This document shows positions 50,359 to 64,000 of a stretch of 64,000 nucleotides of DNA, one piece after another. Made by a program: the position numbers and the translations under genes. The DNA comes from Eledone cirrhosa (Eukaryota): the NCBI GenBank assembly GCA_964016885.1, contig OZ024740.1:383470001-383534000 (forward strand), written 5' to 3'. The notes under the pieces are model-generated. The model did no database searches and was not told the origin of the DNA. It was given only the letters and a program-made list of their open reading frames with translations. Numbering within the stretch: the stretch's first letter is position 1; the number at the start of each line of letters is the position of its first letter.

Positions 50359-51063
50359 TTAGTTATACTATTTATGGTTATGTAAATACAAAACCTTAAG
50401 CAGTTGTAAGTATTTTACACACACCCTAAATAGTGGTAGGCAGTAATGTATTACTACCTTATTACCAGTAAGTTAAGTAGCTCAATGTAAAAACATCAGA
50501 TGATTTACAGAGCAGTTATATGAAATATAAGAATCAAAGAACTGTTCAAAACATTATTGTGCTTACAGCTGTTTCCTCCAAACCGAGGTTTGGGTTCTTC
50601 GGAGCAATTTATTAATGCATGGACAGTTATATGACCTCCCCTTCAGCCGAGAGACATACCAATACATATTCAAACATTGATACATATTCAAACATTGTGG
50701 GTCAACATTCATTACAGAATTTAGAGTGGCAGTACACACTTCGAGATTACATTTATATTAATAGGTACAATCAAAAATCAAAGATATAGGTTAAAGTTGA
50801 TTTTTGATTGTACCTATTAATATAAATGTAATCTCGAAGTGTGTACTGCCACTCTAAATTCTGTAATGAATGTTGACCCACAATGTTTGAATATGTATCA
50901 ATGTTTGAATATGTATTGGTATGTCTCTCGGCTGAAGGGGAGGTCATATAACTGTCCATGCATTAATAAATTGCTCCGAAGAATCCAAACCTCGGTTTGG
51001 AGGAAACAGCTGTAAGCACAATAATGTTTTGAACAGTTCTTTGATTCTTATATTTCATATATT
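50355..51063. mobile_element. Family F fold-back (arms ~50518-50780 and 50796-51060, ~160-nt left tail)
   Basis: Reverse-complement arms, (AT)n flanks, third copy at 15.5 kb. Confidence 0.9.
50972..51018 (+). ncRNA. Hammerhead ribozyme, U4C core variant; mirror copy at 50560-50606 (-)
   Basis: TGCT-CCGAAGA-aTCCAAACC(tc)GGTTTGGAg-GAAAC-AGCT-GTA-AGCA. Confidence 0.8.
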
Positions 51064-51125
51064 TCATATATATATATATATATATATTGTATATATATAT
51101 ATGTGTGTATTAGTATATATATATA

Positions 51126-54100
51126 AGAGCGTATTGAAGTTTGCTTGAAGCATTGTGGAATAATAAGATTTATTTTCTTTTGGTCGTTTTGGAAGCCTCA
51201 ACAATGAAGATGGGTACTTCTCCGGGTAACAGGATCCACTGGTGAAGAGAGAGATGTAAGGGAATGTAGAATGAGATGTATAGTGTGTAGAGGAACGTAG
51301 GAAAGAGCGTAAAAAATAAAAATAGTAACATTTACCTTGGGAGAGATTTAATTGTCTCTATATTTCGGATTCGCATCTATCAACTGGGGGTTTTTCCGGG
51401 AGGGGGGAGGTTATCTGTCGGAGAGGGCGGTACGTGTCCTCTGCTGTTCCCTGTTTGTGACTAACTGAGGTATTTTGCAGAGCGCACGTGCGCGCGGAAT
51501 ACGTGCTGTCAAGCAAAGGTTGACGGTCGAAGTAGTTCTTTTAATTGTGGGAGTGGGATGGCGTTAACTGTCAATCCATTGTACTATTTATCTGTGCTGG
51601 TTTTTGGTACTAGCAGTGTAGTATATTCGATGGTAGTAGTCTGCCTTGTCGGTGGATTGTGGTGGTGCTACACAAACAATAACAATCGTTCCAATGCTAC
51701 TGTGTGTGTGTGTGTTGTTGTCTCGTTTGTTTACACCAAACATCTCATTTCGCTTCTCTCGGATCGGTTATCTATTTGTGGCCCTAGGCGTTTGATCCAA
51801 AGTGCTTCCTTAATTCGTAACGTGCTGACGTTGCGTTCTGTTGCTAGCACTGTGACAATGGGCCTTCCGTCTTTGTTTCCGCATTTGGTTATGTGTTTAC
51901 GGAAAGAGGAGGCCCTGGTGTTGATGTGCTCCTTGATCCGGATGTGTAGCGGCCGGATTGTGCTACCGATATAGTAGTGGTTGCACTTGTCAGATTCTAC
52001 CTTATACACGACGTATGTGCGTAAGCAACAGTTCGTATGGCGCAACGGACAGTTTCTGAGGGAATACGCGTCAGTCGATTTCTCGCGTTTCCTGGAGAGG
52101 CATCTTTGCGGGGAGGGGCCCGAGTGGGCCAGGTGGATGTCGAGGCCCTCTCTCCGTATAGCCCTGTGAGCGAGGCAGGGTATTTGTTCGTCTCCAGCAC
52201 TTTGAGGAATCGCTTGGTGCGGGTGACACCATTCACGGGATCGCTGCATCTGTTTTTAATTCGCATGATCTCGTTCGTGATGTACCCTCTTTAGCACTGT
52301 TAGGGAGGGCAAACTTGTAGTGGACGAACAAGACCCTGCAGGCTGCCTTGCGGTAGAAGTTGGTGTGGATCCCTCCCTGCTCCGTGATGTTGATTCGGAA
52401 GTCAAGGAGAGCAAGTGACCCATCATCGCTGGGGTGTTCAACACTGAAATCAATGTTCTCGTCCGTGATGATGAACGTCTCATAAATTCCTTTCGCCATC
52501 TCTTGGGAAGATGTGAGGATAAGGATGTCGTTCACGTACCTTGAGAAAGAGGCGACGGCGTTGGGGTGGCAGGTGTTGAGTGCCTTGCACTCGAGGCTGT
52601 CCATGTATGAGATCGCTAGCACACCCGACAGGCTTGAGCCCATGGGCAGTCCCGAGGTTTGCTGGTATGTTTGGTCGAGAAAACCGAAGTATGTGTTGTC
52701 AACGACGACAGATAGGAGTTGGTGGATGTCAATGGGGTGAGCCTGAAGCAGTATAGGTCGGTAGATTGGACGCGTTCCATCAGTATATCAACGGCCGGGA
52801 GCATCGGGACCTAGGTGTAGAGAGCGACCACATCAAGGCTTAGCCTTTGTGGTGTCGGGATCCATTTGATTCAGGCACTCCAATACCTCCTCGGAGCTGT
52901 TTACGTGTCCCGGCAAGGTGTCTAGTATGGGTTTGAGTATTCCTGCTAGGAGCCATGAAATTTTGTAGAGCGGTCCTTCCAGGGTCGATACAATAGGTCT
53001 AATCTTCAGGTCGAGTCCCTATTTGTGTGTTTTCACAAGGTGGTAGAAGGCGGGTAGTCGGCTGTTCCTCGTGAGGAGGTTGTATCTGAGCTTCTTCGAG
53101 AGCTTCCGCCGGTCACAGATGTGCTCCTCGATCTGCGCGGCACTGATTCCTGTGACTTTGGAGTAGAGGTTGTCATCGTCAAGGTGGTGGAGGGCCAGGG
53201 TGTTGTAAGCCTCTCTGCTGATGACGCAGAATTCTTTTCCCTTGTCGGAGGGGAGGTAGATGAGGTTCTTCGATTTCAGGTTGGAGAGAGTGGTGAGTTG
53301 AGATTTAGTGAGGTTGTGTGTTGTGCGTGTGAGTGTGTGTTTGTGTAGAATATCAGAGATGGAATGTTTTAACCTGATGAGTTTAGTGTCGAGTTCGTGG
53401 TTGGTGGTGGGGGTGGGGGTGGGGGGTCGAGGTGGTAAATGGGGAACTTGGGTGGGTTGCGTGGCCGCTGTTATTTTCCGTGACGCTGTTGATGGGGGTC
53501 ACCCATTTAAGTTGGTAGGCAGCTCGACAGAAGTTGGCTTCGATGTCGAGTTTGAGTCTGTTGTCGAGTCGTTGTGAGACGATGAACTTGGGTCCGAGGC
53601 ATAGGAGTTCTAGCTCGTCGTTCGTGAGGGTGCCGGTTAGGTCGGTGTGCAGGTGCGTCGCATCGTTGAGGTGTGACTCGGTGTTGGTTGATGTGGCGGC
53701 GGTGGTTGTTACGTTGCTGTTTTCCATGTGATTCTGGTCTGTCTGTTTGTTAGTGTTTGTGTTCTCGTTGTGGAGTTGAAGCAAGATCCACTCATATTTC
53801 CGATTGAGCCGTTTTTGTTCGTGTTGGAGTCTGGAGTGGTAGCAGTGGTCGATTGCTTTTGTGATTTTAAGGAGCAAGTCGCCGCTTGTTATTGAAAGTC
53901 GATGTGTCCGCTCTGAGAGTGTCCGCTTATGGATGTGTAATTGGCGGTTGAGATGTCACAGGATCTGTTTTATACACGAGCGGTGTATGCGGCTAGTGGT
54001 GTTTTGAAAAGCTTGTGTACGTAGGCATCCTGGTAAGCGGATGTTCCTGATGGTGGTGGGGATGACATCATTTTTTAGGCACCGTTTCAGGAAAATTATT

Positions 54101-54130
54101 TGACAGCCAACATTGGCCCCTTTCATATTC
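51126..54130 (-). mobile_element. Penelope/Poseidon-like PLE (family B), near full length, ORF decayed (~54130->51731)
   Basis: LLCLGPKF, QLKW, SDKG, FYHLVKTHK, IRP, LDVVALYT, GLPMGS, RYVND, LALLD, VVYKV..YIGST.R...RIKEH. Several frameshifts and stops. pLTR at ~51126-51500. Confidence 0.9.
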
Positions 54131-54416
54131 ATATATATATATACACGCACACATATTCATACATGCATAATGAATCTCAGGCGATTTCGAAGATGAGTGT
54201 TACAGTAATTTATTCAACGGAAGAGCTTGCTTCTTAAATTACTGTATAGTTGGCTCAGTATTTCACAGACATGTATACTCATACTGTTATTCACAGAAAT
54301 ATTCAATATGATAGTGTGTGTGATAAAGCTTTAAATTAAAGCTACTCCGACGGGCTTCTAAACAATTTCCGACGCAGCTATTCTTATACGTGTATCTATA
54401 TATGTGTGTGTGTGTA

Positions 54417-54474
<58 letters not shown>

Positions 54475-54603
54475 TGTGTGTGCGTGTTTGTGTGTGTGAG
54501 TATGTGTGTTTGTGTGTGGGCGTGTTTGTGTGTGTGCGTATGTGTGTGTGAATGTGTGTGAGCGTGTATATATATATATACACATTTATATATATATATA
54601 CAC

Positions 54604-54639
<36 letters not shown>

Positions 54640-54674
54640 TTGTTAAACATTATTCAATGATTATGTCATGTATC

Positions 54675-54737
54675 ATTATATTTTGTCTGATGAGGACGTA
54701 CTGTTGTACATCCGAAATATGTATAATAAAATGTAAT
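54675..54737 (+). ncRNA. Minimal hammerhead ribozyme in a ~145-bp insert between (AT)n tracts
   Basis: ATTATATTTTGT-CTGATGA-GGAcGTAC(tgtt)GTACaTCC-GAAA-TATGTA-TA-ATAAAATGTAAT. Confidence 0.85.
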
Positions 54738-54772
54738 TGATCAAAAGAACATCTATTTTATTAATATTTACA

Positions 54773-54826
<54 letters not shown>

Positions 54827-54829
54827 ATC

Positions 54830-54887
54830 AATGTAACCTGAGTTTTTCGAATATTAATAATAATATTCGAAAAACTCAGATTACATT
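54830..54887. repeat. 58-bp palindrome next to (AT)n
   Basis: AATGTAACCTGAGTTTTTCGAATATT-aataat-AATATTCGAAAAACTCAGATTACATT. Confidence 0.85.
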
Positions 54888-57772
54888 TATTGTATTCAGC
54901 CATGTAGAGCGAAAAAGGTTTGGTAGAATCGGCTATGGAGGCATGTTATTTTACAGTCATATGCATATTATTCATATATGAGGATATGTATAAACTCATT
55001 CGTATATTTTCGGATGTGTATTCACATGTATATGTTTGTTTGTCTTACATCTCATAGTACATAAATGTATGTGCATTTCACATGAATTTATAGAAATGCA
55101 CATCTTTGATTGCATTTCTATGTGTTTGTGCGCTTTCACATATCTCGTATTTTAATCAAATATTTACTATTGTACTTCCAAACGTTTGTCATTAATGTCC
55201 GGTTATTTTGGCACTGTATTGCATTGCAGCTGGAATAAATGACTTCTAAAAATTGCTGAATAAGACACAAGCAAGAAAGCAATAATTTATAAGAACTTGC
55301 CGCCTATATAGATTGATATGATGTAAATTTAGTATCACAGTCATTACGAATTTGACAGTGTAGAGTAATTATACCTTGCTATATACAAGCAAGCAGATGC
55401 AAATAGTTGGTTTAGCCTCAATACTAACCCTTGATCTCTAAAGTATAGCTCAGAGAATGAAAACGATCATTTGTCTGACCCCAATAATCAATTTATGGCT
55501 TCTGTTACTTTAAACAGAATAATTTTACATGAACACAGATTTATGGTCAGACCGCGAACAAATCACGTTCAGACAGAATTATAATTTAATTACTCTTTTC
55601 TATTATTTAGATAATTATTGGTGTGTCAGAGTTTAAATTAATAACACAGTCGTTCATTAAGAAATGGATGCCATCAAACCAACCACTGGCTACTTCTGAC
55701 AATCTAGAGATAATTAGTCATTCTTATTAACAGAAGGAGCTGAAATGAAATAATTATATTACAATCTGCTTTTATTCACATTATAAATAGACCTTGGTGA
55801 ACTAATAATATTTGAGGATTTGCTTAAATCAAAAACCACGTACGTTTTATGATTTTATAGGAGGACAATTGTCAGGGATTTATATGAAGGCACAATGAAG
55901 ATATATAGATTAGGGGTAAATCACATGTCAGGGATAAGATGTAGCAATTCTATATATTGGAAGATAAATAGAACATAATTATTCAATTTCAGGATAAAAG
56001 GTGTCTTGAAAAGTACTGATTTCATATTTTTTCGTGGGATCTAATGAAGCTACACAGATTATTGTGCAAAGGTAGTTTTTTGCGTTGCTGTTTGATACAT
56101 GGGTTGCTTTGAGGCAACCAAAATGTGAGGTACGGCACTACTTACTCCTTGCATTTTTTATTTCCCCCGATATTGTCATTACCATTATGAGATCATGAAT
56201 ATCCTGATAACTGAGGAAGAGGCACGGGTGATCGGTACAATCTTAAAACAAAAGCTCACTTTTCAGTGTAAAACGTATGCAGAATGCATCCAACATCAAC
56301 AGGGCTACACGAAACACATCATGTAAAATCAAGTCCAAATACTTGGCGTTGAGCATGCAACAGAACAATCTTACAAAGGTGGGCTACTCTGAAATATCTA
56401 CTTAATCCTCCTTAAACATCCTTCATACAATGCCCATCAAAGACGGTTTCATAAATATAGATTTTTGACACATACTTAAATGAAACCATAGCACCCCACC
56501 CACGCTTATTAGTACAAACACAAACTGCTATTCAGGCCAAGAAACCAGTACGTACCACACATCGTCTATACACGAAAATTAATGAATTAAAATCTTAACC
56601 ATTTCCATTACCATAAGCGCAATATTATTTTGAACTCTAATGGCTGCAGCTCATTTAAGTATGTTTCTAGGAATTATTTCTAACATAAGTGATGCTACAT
56701 ATAAACATGGCACACATTGTTGTGTAGTTGAGTAATTAACGTCACAGCATAGTGTTTTCAGGGTAAATTTCTCAGCGGGAAATCGTGTACATGTGTCATT
56801 TTTTATAGCCTTAGATCGAGAACACGAAGGAAATTTGTTTTACAAAATCTATGTAAAGCCTGTTTGGGAATTGTCTCCTTTTAGGGGGTACATTAACACA
56901 AGCTCTCACGTGGGTTACATTAACAAGGTCTACTCTGTTGCAAGCATTCGTGTCAGATATCCAATTTGAGTATAACAACTCCCCTTTTTACATCAATCTT
57001 AAAAGCTTCCAAATAGTCATGAGCACCGCCCATCTGCAATACGTCAATAAATAAACATAATAAAGTAACAATTAAATAAAAAGATATTGTTTCCTTTGAG
57101 TGGCTAACATTTATTACCCCACCCCCTAAAAAAGTAGTTAACTAATGCAGTATTTCGTCTACTAAGGTCTCTGTTCCGCTGAACTAGTTAGCTGCTTATC
57201 CCCTAAATCTGGCTCACATCACAAATACCACAGGGAATACATTCTTGAATTGTTCTTCCTCAGAATGTCAACCCTTCTCAATTTGCTAATTTCAACTTAT
57301 CATATACTTTAAAGTGAACTTCCGGTAGTTATTCTCACGTTCCTCACGCCATTGACTTATTAATAGAAAATATAGATCTAGGACTATTTTAATTATCTCC
57401 CCACCTCCTCCCTTTTTAAATACGTCAGCATTGAATGGAGGCATATAATGCTGAAATGGCTTACGCTATCTCTTTCGATAATTTCTTTCTAATATTTTAG
57501 ATACAGAAAGACGTTTTTTTCTGATATGACTCTCAGACCATTGTTCACGCAAACCTAATCATTGCTTTAAATCTCCCTCAGATTTTTATTAAACAAAACT
57601 TGTTTGAATGTGCTTGCTTTCAATCACTACATATAAAGTATTTCATGTAATAATCAGTTTATTATTATCAATTACTTACAAGACAGAGTTATATTTTAAA
57701 ATTTACATTTAAAAGTAAATGTTTTTTTAATCAAAAACTTTTCGGTATATATTTGGTGACATTATCAGCAAT

Positions 57773-57962
57773 GGCGGTGGATTGGCAGTATCGGTAGAGG
57801 GTGGGACGCCATGCTTTGACACATAGAGTTACGGCCCTTACCATTCTGTGTTCAAATCCCGCCGAGGTTAATTTGCCTTTCATCTTACGGGGTCGATAAA
57901 ATAAAGTACCAGTAATGTACTGGGTCATTGCTGGTCTTGTGCCAAAAGTAGAAACAATTATC
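57773..57962 (+). mobile_element. tRNA-derived SINE with Nin-like domain
   Basis: GGCGGTGGATTGGCAG head, GTTCAAATCCC B-box, shared core. Confidence 0.85.
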
Positions 57963-58034
57963 AGCAGTGACGAAATAATGTAAATCAACGTTTCCTGTAA
58001 GATAATTTCTATGAATTTTAAAAGTATATATATA

Positions 58035-58257
58035 TAGTAATAATAAATGTGAAGACTAAAATCCAAAGAGGGCTCGATAAGGATAAGAACCGTAGAGCAA
58101 ATATTTATTAAAATAACAGATTAAAGTTTAAGCAAAGAATCGCTGCTTTCACCCTTAACGGGATGTTCTGAAACTAAAAAAAAAGTTTCAGAGTATCCCG
58201 TTAAGGGTGAAAGCAGCTATTCTTTGCTTAAACTTTAATCTGTTATTTTAATAAATA
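58035..58257. mobile_element. Family G fold-back (arms within 58102-58257, oligo-A loop, ~65-nt left tail)
   Basis: Reverse-complement arms, second copy at 2803. Confidence 0.85.
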
Positions 58258-58280
58258 AATAAATATATATATATATATAT

Positions 58281-58743
58281 ATAAATGAAGTAATTCCGTC
58301 GGAAAGGTACAGGAAAAAAGAGTGCTCTATGTAGGCTACAGAGCTTATTAGTTATGTAATGAACAACATAAGATAATTATTTCATTTACCAGTGGTTTCT
58401 TGACAGCAGATATTGTATCTGTTTTCTGTCGTCAGAATGAATAAAAAACATGGTGTTTTTATTAAATATGGATTTGAAAACAAAATTTAAGAAATATGAA
58501 AGTGAGGCTGAGAAAAAAATGGGCGAAGAAGAGATGAACAATTTTTTTTTTTTCCCTTTTCTTCTTCGCCCATTTTTATCTCAGCCTCCCTTTCATATTT
58601 CTTAAATTTTGTTTTCAAATCCATATTTAATAAAAAAAAATTCACCATGTTTTTTATTCATTCTGACGACTGAAAACAGATACAATATCTTCTTTCAAGA
58701 AACCATTGGTAAATGAAATAATTATCTTATGTTGTTTATTACA

Positions 58744-58750
<7 letters not shown>
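58281..58750. mobile_element. Family H fold-back (arms ~58349-58532 and 58559-58750, ~68-nt left tail)
   Basis: Reverse-complement arms, (AT)n flanks. Confidence 0.9.
58654..58721 (+). ncRNA. Hammerhead ribozyme (family H); mirror copy at ~58377-58444 (-)
   Basis: TTATTCATT-CTGACGA-cTGAAAacAGATA(caa)TATCTtcTTTCAa-GAAA-CC(att)GG-TA-AATGAAATAA. Confidence 0.85.
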
Positions 58751-58786
<36 letters not shown>

Positions 58787-59207
58787 CATACCTATTTAAA
58801 GTCTATAATCTTCCATAATGTCATTTGAGATTTTAAAGACAATCTTTATTTTATTATGGCAATTGTTAAACAGAAAAAAGAAAGAAAAAACTGATGATTG
58901 CTTTGAATCCTTCTGGTATTGACGAAATAGGTTTCAGTAATACAATATGTAGATTAATGTAGTCGATCACAACATTCTCTCACAATATACTAATGTTATA
59001 TATTGTTATTTACAATAAAAGTTTAGTCTTATAATTGATTTCGTTCGAGCATTTATCACAAGTAGAATATACATATGTTTTAATATTTTGCTCCATTTCT
59101 TTTCAATTCTGAAGTGTCATCGGGTATAATTTAATTTCTAGGTCCACTATTTTCAAAACGTGGACTAGAAAACTGGTGGTCGATTGAATGATCAATGAGT
59201 GGTTTAT

Positions 59208-59390
59208 AATAATTGTTTCTACTTATGGCAATTACCTCAATGTTTTACTGGTACTTTATTTTATCGACCCCATAAGGATGAAAGGCAAAGTTAACCTGGG
59301 CGGGATTTGAATTCAGATCATAAAGGACCGTAACTCTATGCTGCAAAGCATCGCGTCCGACCCTCAACCGATACCGCCAATCCACCGCCG
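59208..59390 (-). mobile_element. tRNA-derived SINE with Nin-like domain
   Basis: Reverse complement of the 57773 family. Confidence 0.85.
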
Positions 59391-60783
59391 AGTCGTTTGT
59401 AATAATGCTCTTGAAATATAATTTGGAAACATTTATGAATTTACTTGCAGCATGATTCGTATTTGTTCAGCAACGGCACGCTCTGAATTATAAGAGACCA
59501 CAAAGCGCCTTTAATGTCAATTTAAAGAGAATTTAATTCTAATTAGTAATAAGATTATCAAATGAAGTACTATTAAAATACCTTATTCCCTCATATATTA
59601 ATAAATCAAATAAGAATACTCTGAAACAAGTAAAAAATACAATGTTGGTAAAGTATTTGAACTTCAATGCATTCTCAATATTCACTTACAATTCATTTTA
59701 TCTATACTCCTGATTTAAAGCGTTTCTGTTAACATTCGTAGCATTTATGTTCAGGAATCTGAATTTTTCTTTATAACTGGACATGCATGTTTTTCCAAGT
59801 AACCTACACTGTGAATGTGAAGTCAATTGACTTCAACAGGAAATTGGAAACCCACAGCAATCTCGAAGCACCAGGATATTAAATTGGCCTATACATCTCA
59901 AAAGAAACCAATATAGATTAATAAAAAAAAGTGTGTGATATATGAGGTTGGGATATTGGTTTCGATTCATGACTAAAGATATTCTATTTCACTGGAATCA
60001 TTGATACTCCTCATATAAGTATATGATAACAATCTCATTTTCCGCTTCATCTGCCATTGTCTTTCTATATACTAAATTTATACTTTAACATCAGCCTACA
60101 TTTCTATTCATCCAATCAGTACAATCCTAAATAGCAAGAAATGTAAGTTTAATACACATGCAACATTGTTTTGGATTTTCTTAATTGTTGTAGTGTAAAA
60201 CAATATCAGATAACTTCCTAAAGTGCAGAACGCAATGGTTGTGTCAGTGCACAAGTCTAAATCGATATTTCAAGTTTGTATGCTGCTTCATCTCTGCTGC
60301 CCATCTCAATATTCTCAACGAACCGAACGTAAGCCTTTGCAAAAGAAAATCTCTTTTAACAAGGGTCATCAGGTCACCTGTTAAGTGTAGCCTCCCCTAT
60401 TTGTAATATGTCGATAACCAGCTAGCTTGTCAGAATCCATATATTTTCAAATTAGTTACAACACAATCAGAAACTTGAGATACTAGGAATGAAATGTCTG
60501 ACTCTGATTCAAAACTATGTCTTAGGCATACTACATACAAACAACACTCACGATTTGGATATTTGAACAAAGCATATATTTTTTAACAAGTGCTTACTGA
60601 TTATGATTAGTTGTGAGAAAATACTTTTCGGCGACAAGATTCTATATTTCTTTTTGTTTCCATTTATTTCTAGAATATTCCCAAGCCACTAGAATGTTAT
60701 CTTCCGTCTGAGAATATTACAATTTTGAGAATGAAGAAGTAATTAAACAAAGAGACAGAGAGAGAGATAGAGATAGATAGATA

Positions 60784-60931
<148 letters not shown>

Positions 60932-61269
60932 AGACGTGAGAGAGAGGTGAGAAATGAAAATGGAAAGAAAGAAAAGAAAAATAACGAAAGAAAAAACGAT
61001 AGGAAAAAAACAATGAATAGATAAAAGAAAGAAAAAATGAAAGAATGAATGAAAGAAAGGAAGAAAGAAAGAAGTATTCAAACGAACCTTAATCACGACA
61101 AAACATTTTCAACAAAACCAAGAAAACTCTCTGAATTCATAATAATAATTTTTATTGCCACAAACCAGCATGTTTTCAGGATAAGGTAGGGGTCAACTGA
61201 ACGGTATAGATCAGGATTTTACAACCCGGGCGGGGTAGCTGATGAGCAAATAAACAGAAAATGGTAGGT

Positions 61270-62760
61270 GATTGGGTATTTTGGTGTGTGATACAGAATT
61301 TTGAATATGAAGAAGGTATTTCAACATATACAACCCGAAGAAAAATATTCAAAGGAAAATAGGAGAAACATTACTTCGACTTGTATTGAAGAAATTCTCT
61401 TGGCTGTAATGCATAAAAAACCTGACACAATTCTCAAGACACTTCCACATATTAATAACACTTACAATAAATATCTCAACGTATAGATGAATTGGGCACG
61501 GACCTAAAAGAACAACTCCCCCATAATCTCCGGAGTTTTGAATTTTCCATACAAATTGATGAATCATCAGACGTGGGAAGTCAATGGTTGATGAGTGTGT
61601 GTATTTTTAATGAAAGTATTTAACCTTGTGAAGAAATGCTGTTCTCTGATAATTGATGTTTGATTCAAAATGTATATCTATTTTAGATTGATTGAAATGA
61701 GCATTGTTAATGATTGTTAATGAGCATAATATCTTATTGAACAATATTTTTGCCTGTACATCTGATTGAACGCCTGCTAAGGGAGGTAAATACAGATGTT
61801 TCATTTTTTTTAAATCTTTGCGAATTTCCATCCTTTTTTAAGATTTCATTGTATGGCTTCCTGGCAGGATTTACTGGCAACAAATACCAACGGCATGCAT
61901 AGTGATATAACGGAGTTACTTATCAATGTTGTGAACAAGCTAAAAATGAATTCTTTGTCTGAACGAATTGTCCATCAACTGTGCCTTAATGACATACGAT
62001 TGTTGTCAAAATGGCATGGGTGTGCCAAAATATTTGGTGTTACTAATTTTTAGATTACTTTTAATAAAGAATCTAGTAATGCAATTTTTTTACCATTGTA
62101 AATATTAAACGATTGGTGAGACTATGTTACTGGTTTGTAAACGGACTTTTATGATGTTTATACTTTTTCTTGTCAGGAAAAGTGCCTATTAGGAAATCTG
62201 TCAAATCAAATTTATGCTTTTGAATATTAATTATACAATTGACCGGTGGAAAATGTTTCCATGCTAAACTGTATCAGAGACGATTAAAACATATCGAGGG
62301 TGAAATTTGAAAGAAAGTAAAAAGACGTATTTAAATACCTCTATATTTTGTTGGAAGCTTTAAGTAATTTGACATTCACAGCCCTTTCCAATTTACTAAT
62401 AATCTACCTAATCTTTTCTGAACTACGTTTATAAAATGTATACAATGAAAGATGACACATATTTCAGGATGTAAGTAATCAATTTGATTATTCCTTAATA
62501 TTTAACGATGTCATTTTCATATTAATAGGAATAAATGAATATATTGGATATATCTTAGGAGGTAACTTTAAAGGAATCATACTAATTTGTATATGTGCGA
62601 AAAAACAACTACAATACCACACTGTACGAACAGGTTATTGAGAAAAATATTCACATATTGTGCATCGAAAAAATGATTTCATTAAAGTAGTATCTTTTCT
62701 TGAAATTCTTGAGGTTTTGATATCGAGAGGGATCAAATTTGCCATCTATCATTCTAGCGC
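61270..62760 (+). mobile_element. Ancient hAT (Charlie/Buster-like) transposase remnant
   Basis: KKPDTI (KKPHTI-like), IQIDESSD at ~61549 (QLDESTD-like), VNKLKMNSLSERIVHQLC, IRLLSK (RWLSKG-like). Boundaries approximate. Confidence 0.5.
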
Positions 62761-63049
62761 TAGCAAAAAAATAACATATAAATCCCTAATCAATTTAATC
62801 AGCTTTATATATTTGCTTGTAAATATATATCTATTTGTATGCCTGCACATCTAGGTATGTTCTTCTGGTATTATAATTTCACAAATGTTTGCCAATAGAG
62901 AGACTGTCTGTTTGTAACATGGTAAGTCTCTCTCATTGGAATTTACACAACATCAACTACGTAGATATGTATGCATGTGTGTGCAGGTATGGATATTATT
63001 GTATGTGTGGATGTGGATATTTTGAGTTGTATCTGTACATGTGCAGTTA

Positions 63050-64000
63050 TTAGGTGCAAAATGTTTGGAATGTTTTACATATTTTTACTGTTCCATTAAT
63101 GGATTGTACTTGTAATTTCCTAGCTAGTTGTGTTCTTTCTGTTTCTGTGAAGCCCAGCTTCTCAAGATTTGTATTGAGGCAGTTACTAACGTATCCCACT
63201 GCCACGATAATCTAAGGCAGAAATCTGAAGGTATAGTCAGGGCGGAGTATCTGCAGATTTCTAATTAGTTCTGCATAAATATTCTCCTTTTTACTAATCT
63301 TTGATATTATATTGGCATCTGCTACGCCACTAACTTCCACTAATGAGCATGCCTTCTTTTCCCTGTCCCATATCATTATATCTGATCTGTTATGCCTGCA
63401 TTCTATTGGGGTTTATGCTGGAACATTCCACCAGTACTCTTTCATATTATGTATATGTATGTCTTCCACATTACTGTAGCTTTTCATGTGTTTTTTATCG
63501 GGGCTATCTTTTCTACGGATTGCATTGTACAGTGTTTGGCCACTACAGCATGCCTTATAGGTAGATAGTACCGCGATGACATCTTTGGACATCTACTTAT
63601 GACATGGGTGACATCTACGATGTTAATGCTGCAGAGTCTGTACTTGTCACATCTAGGTGTTTTGCCTGCATCCCTATCTCTTTTGTGAATCAGGTAATTT
63701 GTGTTGATTTTTTAATCTTGGATTGCAAAAGCGTATCCTTCAAAGTGGGAGACAATATAACAGTTGTCGGTCCAAGATAGACTATTTTGTTTATCTATAT
63801 TACTCCTACTCTGGAGCTTCCAAGCAACATATCCATACATGATTTTTTGCTGATAAGCATGCAGCTTTTCATCCATGGATTCACTGCGGTACTGCTGAGC
63901 AACTTCCCCGGGTGTGAGTTTTTGATTATCACACAGAGGATATTTTTCAAGGAGTTCCATCCCAACTCGGATGATGTTATCTGTCTCATGCAGATAGACT
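63050..64000 (-). mobile_element. R4/Dong-like LINE 3' fragment, runs off the right edge
   Basis: MYGYV...LSWTD...SHFEGYAFAIQD, RLC...THVISRCPKMSSRYYLP. Homologous to 28279-29380. Confidence 0.85.

Noticed and set aside
57773-57870. tRNA gene
   Set aside because: The A/B boxes are too far apart and continue into the SINE core.

Overview
Eukaryotic, AT-rich, repeat-dominated 64-kb window, intergenic or intronic. No host protein-coding exon could be supported. The SINE type and the density of (AT)n/(AC)n tracts suggest a cephalopod (Octopus-like) genome, which is an inference. Contents: three clades of Penelope-like retroelements (PLEs) with RT plus C-terminal GIY-YIG (Neptune-like, Nematis-like, Penelope/Poseidon-like); a CsRn1-type Gypsy remnant; an internally deleted Helitron and two non-autonomous Helitrons; R4/Dong-like REL-endonuclease LINE remnants; an inverted RTE-like fragment; mariner and hAT remnants; and tRNA-derived SINEs. 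Main observations: (1) At least 8 unrelated sequence families carry minimal type-I hammerhead ribozymes, including U3-A8 and C4 core variants and one with a ~115-nt stem II. Most sit inside (AT)n tracts, many as fold-back insertions with a one-sided tail. (2) In one family the palindrome axis is the apparent hammerhead stem II hairpin. (3) A young Nematis-like PLE has a ~470-codon RT-EN frame broken by a single TGA at the expected second Cys of the CxC motif, a selenocysteine-recoding candidate. All ribozyme and family calls are by eye and need Infernal/HMM confirmation.
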